From contig OZ242029.1 of NCBI GenBank assembly GCA_965205015.1, positions 1,024,001 to 1,088,000 on the forward strand: a DNA stretch of 64,000 nucleotides, written 5' to 3'. Position numbers and translations under genes: made by a program. The notes below the pieces were generated by a model. It saw only the letters and a list, made by a program, of their open reading frames with translations, was not told the DNA's origin and did not search any database. Positions 56,943-64,000 of this stretch are shown piece after piece (position 1 is the first letter of the stretch; every line of letters starts with the position of its first letter). This DNA comes from Candidatus Poribacteria bacterium (lineage in GTDB: Bacteria; Poribacteria; WGA-4E; WGA-3G).

Positions 56943-57506
56943 ATGCGCCGAAATTTCTTAATCTTTTGTGCGACGTTGCTCTTTATAGGTGCTATTATTG
57001 CGCTGAGTATCAATTCTGTTGAGAGTCAGAGTGATAAGGTGCAGCGCGGAAAATACCTCGTAGACACGGTGGGTGCGTGTGGGCATTGCCATACACCACG
57101 CGCCGGAGCTGAATACAATATGAACATGTATCTCGCCGGACATCCAGCGAACGCACCGTATCCACGCTACAATTTCAGTATGATGCAACAGGATATCTTT
57201 ATCCTGACATCAACGCAAATGACAGCATTCTCCGGTCCATTTGGAACGAGTTTCGCTTCAAACTTGACCCCGGACAATGAAACTGGATTGGGCGGATGGA
57301 CAGAGGAGATGTTCATACAAGCGATGCGGACTGGACTCCATCAAGGTGTGGAAGGCAACCGGAAGATCTTTCCACCGATGCCGACGAAGCATTACGCCCA
57401 AATGAACGATGAAGACCTGAAAGCGATCTGGGCGTATCTCCGGACGATTAAGCCTGTCAAAAACGAAGTGAGTCCACCCTTGAATTCACGAGGTCGACCG
57501 TACTAA
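56943..57506 (+). CDS. Periplasmic c-type cytochrome
   Basis: Signal/TM; RGKYLV...CGHCHTP; NLTPD..TG.G.WT; MP; L.AI.AYL. Upstream TTGCAC-17-TAAATT at 56868-56896. Confidence 0.9.
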   Translation: MRRNFLIFCATLLFIGAIIALSINSVESQSDKVQRGKYLVDTVGACGHCHTPRAGAEYNMNMYLAGHPANAPYPRYNFSMMQQDIFILTSTQMTAFSGPFGTSFASNLTPDNETGLGGWTEEMFIQAMRTGLHQGVEGNRKIFPPMPTKHYAQMNDEDLKAIWAYLRTIKPVKNEVSPPLNSRGRPY

Positions 57507-57532
57507 AAATGGTTATCAGTTATCATTAAACC

Positions 57533-57568
57533 GTAGGGATAGGTCTTGTGCCTATCCAGACCAGAAAC
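57533..57568 (+). repeat. Single REP of the 15.1-kb array family, with compensatory stem changes
   Basis: GTAGGGATAGGTCTTGTGCCTATCCAGACCAGAAAC versus GTAGGGGCAGGTCTTGTACCTGCCCAAACCAGAAAC. Confidence 0.8.
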
Positions 57569-57614
57569 CTGCTCGGAACGTAGCGGAGAGCAGACCAGGA
57601 GCAATAGTTTAAAA

Positions 57615-58673
57615 ATGGCATCAGAAAACAAATCAGTCCGAATCGCCGTCGTCGGTATGGGTATCGGCAGACCCAATGGAATGGCACTCGCCGAAAACCC
57701 GAGAGGCACTGTTGTCGCACTCTGCGATCTGCTTGAAGATCGGATGAAAGCCTTCGCCGAAGATCTACCGGACGAGGTCAAATTCTATACAGACTACAAA
57801 GAGATGTGCAAAGCGAAGGATATTGATGCTGTATTCGTTGGTACACCGAATCAGTGGCATGTCCCGATAGCACTGGAAGCCGTGCGGAACGGTAAGCACG
57901 TCATGGTCACGAAACCGCTCGCCGATTCTGAGGATGCAGCACAAAAACTCGTCACGGAAGCGGAAGCCGCAGGCGTTGTCAATATGATGTCGCTCTCCAC
58001 GCGTTTTGGGAATGACTGTCAATATCTCGGTAATATCGCACGCGATAACTACTTCGGCGAACTCTACTATGCCCGGGCACGGAGTGTCCGTCGTAACGGG
58101 ATCCCTGCGTGGAATCTCGGCTTCATCAAAAAGGGCGGCGGTGCCTTCCGCGATATGGGTGTCCATGTGCTTGACGCCGCGTGGTGGATACTCGGACTGC
58201 CGAAGCCGATCGCAGTGCTCGGCGCCGCGGGTGCGAAATTCGGACCACGAGGCCGCGGTTACTGGAACCGCAGCCAACCCCCAAAAGAAACCTACGAACA
58301 GTACGAATCAGACGACTACGCAGGCGGGTTCATTACCTTTGAAAATGGAGTCGGCTTACAGGTCGAAAGTTTCTGGGCATCACACCAACCCGATGAATTC
58401 CAAATTGAATTATTCGGAACGGAGGCAGGCGCGACGCTTAAGCCGTTGCGGCTCTATCGGACAGACGATACCGGCACCTCTGAGGATATAAACGTTAATC
58501 TCGCTCCGAGTAAATATGAGAAAACGTGGGATGCGATCGCTGATCATTTCATTACGTGCATCTTAGACGATGTAGCGTGCAAAGCACCGCTCCGCCACGG
58601 CTTGATTGTTCAGCAGATGATGGAAGGTTTGCTCAAAAGTGCTGAAACGGGACGTGAAGTTCGGATCGAATAA
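57615..58673 (+). CDS. Gfo/Idh/MocA-family oxidoreductase
   Basis: VVGMGIG; TPN..H; GKHV..TKP; GGG...D.GVH..D. Start at ATG 57615, downstream of the REP. Confidence 0.92.
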   Translation: MASENKSVRIAVVGMGIGRPNGMALAENPRGTVVALCDLLEDRMKAFAEDLPDEVKFYTDYKEMCKAKDIDAVFVGTPNQWHVPIALEAVRNGKHVMVTKPLADSEDAAQKLVTEAEAAGVVNMMSLSTRFGNDCQYLGNIARDNYFGELYYARARSVRRNGIPAWNLGFIKKGGGAFRDMGVHVLDAAWWILGLPKPIAVLGAAGAKFGPRGRGYWNRSQPPKETYEQYESDDYAGGFITFENGVGLQVESFWASHQPDEFQIELFGTEAGATLKPLRLYRTDDTGTSEDINVNLAPSKYEKTWDAIADHFITCILDDVACKAPLRHGLIVQQMMEGLLKSAETGREVRIE

Positions 58674-58691
58674 ACTGAAGAGGCATCAAAA

Positions 58692-59402
58692 ATGACCCTT
58701 AATACGACGACACTTCGCGAAGATTTCTCAAGGGACGGTTTCGCTATCGCACCGAATCTGTTTGAACGCAGCGAAGTTCAACGTCTCAAATTAGAGTGTA
58801 TCGACATCCTGGAAACCGTTAGGGCAGAAACAGGGACAGTCGCTGGGCACGGTGTTTATGTCGGTTTAGCTGCGCGGAGTCCCGTCTTTCAAACCGCAGT
58901 CGGTGATGCACGGATACTCGATATTTTAGAAGGCATTCTCGCGCCGGATATTGAGTTCCTCAGCGATAAGGTGGTTTTCAAGAGCGAGACGACGACCTTC
59001 GCCAGCCCTTGGCACCAAGATTGGTCGTATTGGTACGGTGCACACAAACTCTCCATCTGGGTCGCGCTTGACGATGCGACCGTCGAAAACGGGTGTCTCA
59101 AACTCTTTCCGGGTTCCCATAAGTCCGCGATTGTCCACGACGGTGATGCCAGTGATGGCAATGGGTTTGGGAATCGCCTCCGTCCGGGGGCAGTCGATGA
59201 AAACCGTGCCGTTACCGCGGAGATTGAAGCAGGCGGTGCCGTCTTTTTCCACGATCTGACACTTCACGCCAGCCATCCTAATCAATCGGGGGAAGAACGC
59301 TGGGTCTGGATCCCCACGTATCGCGACGCAAACGCAGAGGACACCGATTATCCGTGGGCTGTTGCTGCAAAAGTTTTAAGGGGCGAGAAATTGATGGATT
59401 GA
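58692..59402 (+). CDS. PhyH-family dioxygenase
   Basis: PWHQD.SYW; WVALDDAT.ENGCL; PGSH; H.S.PN.S...R. Confidence 0.92.
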   Translation: MTLNTTTLREDFSRDGFAIAPNLFERSEVQRLKLECIDILETVRAETGTVAGHGVYVGLAARSPVFQTAVGDARILDILEGILAPDIEFLSDKVVFKSETTTFASPWHQDWSYWYGAHKLSIWVALDDATVENGCLKLFPGSHKSAIVHDGDASDGNGFGNRLRPGAVDENRAVTAEIEAGGAVFFHDLTLHASHPNQSGEERWVWIPTYRDANAEDTDYPWAVAAKVLRGEKLMD

Positions 59403-59501
59403 TAAAGATGGAAGAATGGAAAGGTGGAAGCATGGAAGGCGTTCGCTTCTGATCTTCCAGTCTTCCCGCCTTCCGTGTAAGCAAAAAAGGAGTAATTATT
59501 T

Positions 59502-60356
59502 ATGTTCAAGAATCTGAGTACCGGTGCAATCGGCATCCGGGCAAATATGACAGAAGGCTTAGCATTAGCAAAAAATTCTGGTTTTGAAGGTCTCGACCTG
59601 AACATCGACGAAGCCAGTCAACTCGCACAGGAACACTCCGTCCAACACGTCAAAGACCTCTGGTCAGAGGCAGGGATCACCATGGGCGGATGGGGGTTCG
59701 GTGTAAATTGGCGGGGTCCGGAGGCTGACTACTATGCCGGTTTAGCGCAGCTCCCTGAACGCGCGGCACTCGCCGCAGAACTCGGCTGCTATCGCACAAC
59801 CACGGTTGTCGGACCCGCTTCAAATGACATGACTTTTCAGGAGAATTGGGATTTTTCTGTGAAACGGCTGCGTCCTATCGCTGAGATCCTCAAAGAACAC
59901 GGGCATTCCATCGGACTTGAGTTTATTGGACCGGCAACGAGTCGCCAAGGCTCCACGTACCTCTTCACCTATTCGATGGATGCGATGTTAGGACTTGCCG
60001 CCGCGGTCGGCACAGGTAACGTTGGACTCCTGTTCGACACATGGCACTGGTACACCTGTCGTTCCACGACTGACGATGTTCGCAAACTCTCCGTATCGGA
60101 TGTCGTTTACGTCCACATCAACGATGCCCCTGCTGGCATTGACCCTTATGACCAGATCGACAACATCAGGTGTCTTCCCGCCGAAACTGGGGTTATCCCC
60201 CTCACCGAACTGATGCACATCCTGACGGACATCGGCTATGAAGGACCCGTGACACCCGAACCGTTCAGCCAAAAAGTGAACGGCATGGAACCCGCCGATG
60301 CAGCGAAAGCCACTGCGGAATCGCTGGATCAGGTATGGGAAAACGCGGGTCTGTAG
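59502..60356 (+). CDS. Sugar-phosphate isomerase/epimerase (xylose-isomerase-like TIM barrel)
   Basis: GLEF; NVGLL.D.WHW; VHIND; R.LP...G; GY.GPV..E.F. Confidence 0.88.
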   Translation: MFKNLSTGAIGIRANMTEGLALAKNSGFEGLDLNIDEASQLAQEHSVQHVKDLWSEAGITMGGWGFGVNWRGPEADYYAGLAQLPERAALAAELGCYRTTTVVGPASNDMTFQENWDFSVKRLRPIAEILKEHGHSIGLEFIGPATSRQGSTYLFTYSMDAMLGLAAAVGTGNVGLLFDTWHWYTCRSTTDDVRKLSVSDVVYVHINDAPAGIDPYDQIDNIRCLPAETGVIPLTELMHILTDIGYEGPVTPEPFSQKVNGMEPADAAKATAESLDQVWENAGL

Positions 60357-60411
60357 GTGAGCATCCCTTCAATCTCCATATCGCGAGGTTGTTTTATGAA
60401 AGGAATTGAAC

Positions 60412-61218
60412 ATGCAACTCATCAATAAAGAGAGCATCCTCGCGATGACACATCTATGGGAAGGCGATCGGTTCCCTGACGGACGCCCTCGCGTCCCGGA
60501 CGATATCCTTCAGCGGATGAAAGCGATTAGCATCGAGCAGGCGTGGGGTGTCCTACACGGCAACGACTATAAGTTTCAATTTGCTGGCGATTGGATGAAC
60601 CTCCATCCCGATCGGATTCTTGTCGGTAGAGCGGTGACGTGCGCCTTTGTGCCGATCCGCCCTGACTTCAATGACGCCATCTCTACGCAAGGCGAAAAAG
60701 AGGGACGCGTCGGCGGTCAAAACTCGTGGGTGATTGATACGCTCGTCCGCGATGATGTCATCGTTGTCGACCTCTTCGGCAAAGTCAAGGACGGGACTTT
60801 TGCCGGTGACAATCTCGGCAATTCCATCTATGCGAAAACAGGCACCGGTATGGTCATTGACGGTGGCATCCGGGACCTGGATGGTATCTATGAATTGCCC
60901 GATTTTGCGACATTCGTGCGGGGTGTGGATCCGACGGGCATTGCGAACGTCACCCTTACGGGTATCAACATCCCGATCCGCATTGCGGAAGCGACAGTTT
61001 TACCGGGAGATGTGGTTTTAGGGAGACGTGGTGGGATCATCTTTATTCCGCCGCACTTCGCACAACAGGTCGTTGAGCAAGGCGAGGAGGTAGCTCTCCG
61101 CGATCGGTTCGGACATCAACGCCTCCGCGAAGGGGTCTATACGCCAGGGGAAATAGATAGAAAATGGTCGGAGGAGATCGAGGCGGACTTTGCGAAATGG
61201 CGCGAGGACCAAAAATAG
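60412..61218 (+). CDS. RraA-family / HMG-aldolase-like protein
   Basis: DGRP.V.D; GRAVT; D.FG; GDNL; IDG..RD; VLPGDVV.G...G..FIP. Confidence 0.85.
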   Translation: MQLINKESILAMTHLWEGDRFPDGRPRVPDDILQRMKAISIEQAWGVLHGNDYKFQFAGDWMNLHPDRILVGRAVTCAFVPIRPDFNDAISTQGEKEGRVGGQNSWVIDTLVRDDVIVVDLFGKVKDGTFAGDNLGNSIYAKTGTGMVIDGGIRDLDGIYELPDFATFVRGVDPTGIANVTLTGINIPIRIAEATVLPGDVVLGRRGGIIFIPPHFAQQVVEQGEEVALRDRFGHQRLREGVYTPGEIDRKWSEEIEADFAKWREDQK

Positions 61219-61328
61219 AAAAGTCTGAATCGAGGATTATCGCGGATTTTGGAGGACGCGGAGACCGATGTTCAATAGGGAACTCTTTCGCCAAATTGTT
61301 CTTATGTGACCCCCAAGGAGGATATAAA

Positions 61329-62198
61329 GTGGTAAAACGCCCAAATAAAGCTGTGCTGATCGAGGCACTTGATGAATTCCGAGATGCCATGCGTCTTTTC
61401 ATTGTCCGTGGCATGAGACGTATCAGAGGGAAACCCATCGAAAAAGTGATTTATGATTCATTGGCACCGAACCGGGCGAACCAGTTTCAAACAAACCTAC
61501 GAAATAATGACAGCACCCTTGGAAGTGCGATTGACATCGGAGATTTTCCGGATATTATCGGCACAAACTATCAGGGCGTTTTCAGTCCGCAGTTTCGTGG
61601 TGATATGCCCATAGAAAGCCTGCTCCATATTATCAGACACGCCCGGAACCAAGTCTCACATCCATCCGATACGGATTTAGATACTGAATATACGCGTGTT
61701 GTCCTGTACCATATTATAGAGGTCCTCGACAAAATCGACGCGCTTGAAGCAAAAGCGAGCGTTGAAAGGCGGCGCGACACACTTTGCAGGGAGCAGGTCT
61801 TAGCATCTCTGAAGAATCCAAGCAGTGCCCCGGAACACAGACGCTCTCAGACCGATGTTCCACCCCCACGTCCCTCCAGAAGACCCTCTATATCTCCGAG
61901 ATTCATTGTAACGCTGCCGGATGGTGAAAGGATCGAGCGGGATACGATATCGGCGACCTTCGTTGCCGTCATTGAAAAGTTAGGGATAGAACGCGTGAAA
62001 ACTTGTAATATTGAGCGTTTTTATGTCCCGATCGTTGATACAATGAAACACTCGAAGCATACACAAGTCCAATCGGGTCCCTATTACATCCTGACAGCAC
62101 AAGATAGGCAAGACAAAAGACGGGATCTCCTGAAAATTGCCGATGCATTGGGGATCGACCTGAAAGTAGAGATGCCTCCGAGAAACGAGGTTGTCTAA
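61329..62198 (+). CDS. Swt1-like HEPN-domain protein with an unassigned C-terminal domain
   Basis: AAGGAGG SD before GTG 61329; ALDEFRDAMR.FI; IDIGDF; ARNQVSH (Rx4H); Pro/Arg linker; distinct ~100-aa C-terminal domain. Confidence 0.72.
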   Translation: MVKRPNKAVLIEALDEFRDAMRLFIVRGMRRIRGKPIEKVIYDSLAPNRANQFQTNLRNNDSTLGSAIDIGDFPDIIGTNYQGVFSPQFRGDMPIESLLHIIRHARNQVSHPSDTDLDTEYTRVVLYHIIEVLDKIDALEAKASVERRRDTLCREQVLASLKNPSSAPEHRRSQTDVPPPRPSRRPSISPRFIVTLPDGERIERDTISATFVAVIEKLGIERVKTCNIERFYVPIVDTMKHSKHTQVQSGPYYILTAQDRQDKRRDLLKIADALGIDLKVEMPPRNEVV

Positions 62199-62243
62199 GA
62201 TGGCGAATTTAAAAAGTGAAAAATGGGATGTCCTCTTTTTCGT

Positions 62244-62271
62244 TTGACAAATTTCTTTTTTTGGGTATAAT
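62244..62271 (+). promoter_or_regulatory. Sigma70-type promoter
   Basis: TTGACA-16 bp-TATAAT. Confidence 0.65.
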
Positions 62272-62763
62272 CCACCATAGTTATTTTTTGGGTTAGGACT
62301 ATGGTATATTTTTCTAAATATTGTTGTCTGAATCGAGGATTATCTCGGATGACACGGATTTCGCAGATTTTTAAGCGTTGTCAGTCGTCCGTAACAGGAT
62401 TTAGAGAAGGTAGTGTTTTGTAACACAAACTGTTCACTTGTGGTTCGTTGGTTGTCACTTGTCTGCATCAGGATTTGCAGGATAAAAACCTATGCGCCCT
62501 CTAAACCCATAGACTTCTCTGGCGGGGATCCCCAGGCTATAGAACTTTTCGACTCTCCCAACAAAATATTTACACACCCATACCGCACTACTATCCCATC
62601 ATGATTTAACAGAAAACCCGCTATCCATGCTTTGCAGGCTGTGCTTGGTGCAAAAACAATCTGCTTTTGTGAAATACAGTCAACAACTATCAAAAACAGA
62701 GATGGAGAAGCATCGTCACCAGCATTCTGGATCTGTAATAACCTTGGAAGCAAAGGAGTTGCT

Positions 62764-63135
62764 ATGGGTTATGTCTATATCTTGACGAATAAAGCGATGC
62801 CGGGTTTGATAAAAATTGGACAAACTGCTCGAACCGTCCAAGAACGAGTAGACGAACTCTATACAACCGGCGTTCCAATAGCATTTGATATTGCTCACGA
62901 GTTTGAGTGTGAGAATCATGAGCAACTTGAAAGTCAAATACATAGGGAACTTGAGAGACATCGTTTTAATAAAAATCGAGAGTTTTTTGAATATTCAGCG
63001 GATGAGGCTTTTCAAGTGCTACAAAGACTTGTTAACTCCAGCTGGCGAAAGCATACATCACATTTTTTGACGCGTTTCAGGAAAAAAGCTGATTCGGTAG
63101 TAAGTAGAATAGGGCGTAAATCATCACCTGAATGA
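62764..63135 (+). CDS. GIY-YIG-like T5orf172-domain protein
   Basis: GYVYILTN..MPGLIKIG.T; R..EL..TGVP..F; E..IH..L...R....REFF; AAGGAG SD. Confidence 0.88.
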   Translation: MGYVYILTNKAMPGLIKIGQTARTVQERVDELYTTGVPIAFDIAHEFECENHEQLESQIHRELERHRFNKNREFFEYSADEAFQVLQRLVNSSWRKHTSHFLTRFRKKADSVVSRIGRKSSPE

Positions 63136-63146
63136 AAGGAATATCC

Positions 63147-64000
63147 ATGAATAATGGGACTTACCATAGTACTGACCACGGATTCGCTTGTGCAGCAGCA
63201 GGTAGAGGTATCACAGAAGCATTGCAGGAGCATCTCAACGTCATTGTCCGTAATGAAGAACTGGAAATTGAGGCAAATAACGCGCATATCCAAGCAGAAA
63301 TAAGTGACCTGGCTGCAGATATAGATCAACTTGAACAACAAAAGGTTGATCGTCAGCGCAGCATCAATGAGATGACAGAATCACTTGCCGAGAAGAATGT
63401 GAAATCAGCTGAACTCAACGCAGAATTGGAAGGTTCTATCAATGGAAATATGCCTCAACTACAAGATAATCGTATTGAGGACTTGAAAAATAGGATTGAT
63501 GAGAAAACTTCAGAATTGGAGGAAAAGCGAGTAGAATGTGCTGCAATAGAAACCGATTTGGAAAACCCTACAGAGGTAGAATTAAACCCAGCTCACGTTA
63601 GTGGAAAGGCTCAGGCTTCTTCCAAACAACAGTTTTCTTGGCTTCATTTTACTTTTGCTATTTTCACGACCTTTATGCTTGTTGGATTGATTATCTACAT
63701 ATTCTACTTTTATGCTTCAGTAGCTGATAAAGCTTTCAAAGCAGCAAAAGATACCAACGTTATTAATTATGAGGCTTTGTCGACAGCGTGGGAAAGAATG
63801 GATGGATTTGTTCTTCTACTCCCCGTTGTTTTTGTATTTTTTGCAATAGTGAGTTATTTTTATTGGGAAAGAGACAAAAGGGTATTTCTCGGTGCCGTTG
63901 CCATCACTCTGCTTTTCGATGTTCTAATTGCATGGCGAATCGCAGTAAGTATAGACCTCTATATCTATGAAAAAGGATTGGATCAAACTTCACCAGCAAT
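63147..64000 (+). CDS. Coiled-coil plus multi-TM membrane protein, 3'-truncated by the window
   Basis: Not in the ORF track. AAGGA SD and ATG 63147, open to the window end: MNNGTYHSTDHG...heptad-rich region...FTTFMLVGLIIYIFYFYASVADKAF...LLLPVVFVFFAIV...ITLLFDVLIAWRI. Confidence 0.85.
   Translation, partial: MNNGTYHSTDHGFACAAAGRGITEALQEHLNVIVRNEELEIEANNAHIQAEISDLAADIDQLEQQKVDRQRSINEMTESLAEKNVKSAELNAELEGSINGNMPQLQDNRIEDLKNRIDEKTSELEEKRVECAAIETDLENPTEVELNPAHVSGKAQASSKQQFSWLHFTFAIFTTFMLVGLIIYIFYFYASVADKAFKAAKDTNVINYEALSTAWERMDGFVLLLPVVFVFFAIVSYFYWERDKRVFLGAVAITLLFDVLIAWRIAVSIDLYIYEKGLDQTSPA

Noticed and set aside
61164-61328. N-terminal extension of the HEPN ORF given in the track
   Set aside because: It overlaps the upstream gene and a 9-mer repeat; a strong SD supports GTG 61329. 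Track starts at 22194, 30006, 31633, 38018, 57546 and 62632 were shortened for similar reasons.

Overview
64-kb bacterial chromosomal window, mostly minus-strand genes. Several protein signatures (C-terminal 'LLxNYPNPFNPETWIPY...GVYxYxL' domains with dockerin-like EF-hand pairs, 'KLxTxWGxxK' tails, an ECF sigma factor fused to a beta-propeller, repeated PhyH and mandelate-racemase enzymes) suggest Candidatus Poribacteria; this taxonomic call is an inference. (1) Positions 1-21 kb hold a co-oriented glycan locus: two NDP-sugar epimerases, a GT4 glycosyltransferase, a MurJ-like flippase, a Wzy/O-antigen-ligase-like protein, four sulfotransferases, a clan GH-A lipoprotein and at least four tandem Tat-exported sulfatases, with a polysaccharide deacetylase just upstream. 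This looks like a system that builds and then edits a sulfated, possibly glycosaminoglycan-like, surface polymer. (2) A hen1-pnkp RNA-repair operon follows, with an orphan archease, recD2 and thrC further on. (3) Defence-like genes: an internally deleted Rpn that keeps a probable intragenic antitoxin start, a frameshifted HEPN gene paired with a BolA-like gene, and a terminal AT-richer block (Swt1-like HEPN, GIY-YIG/T5orf172, coiled-coil membrane protein). (4) Catabolic enzymes, cytochromes c and secreted proteins. The window is rich in small repeats (GTAG-type REP palindromes, two MITE-like elements, 7/8/9-mer repeats); several sit in frame inside genes or supply stop codons. No rRNA, tRNA, CRISPR array or intact transposase was seen. 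All family assignments come from motif recognition by eye, not database searches.
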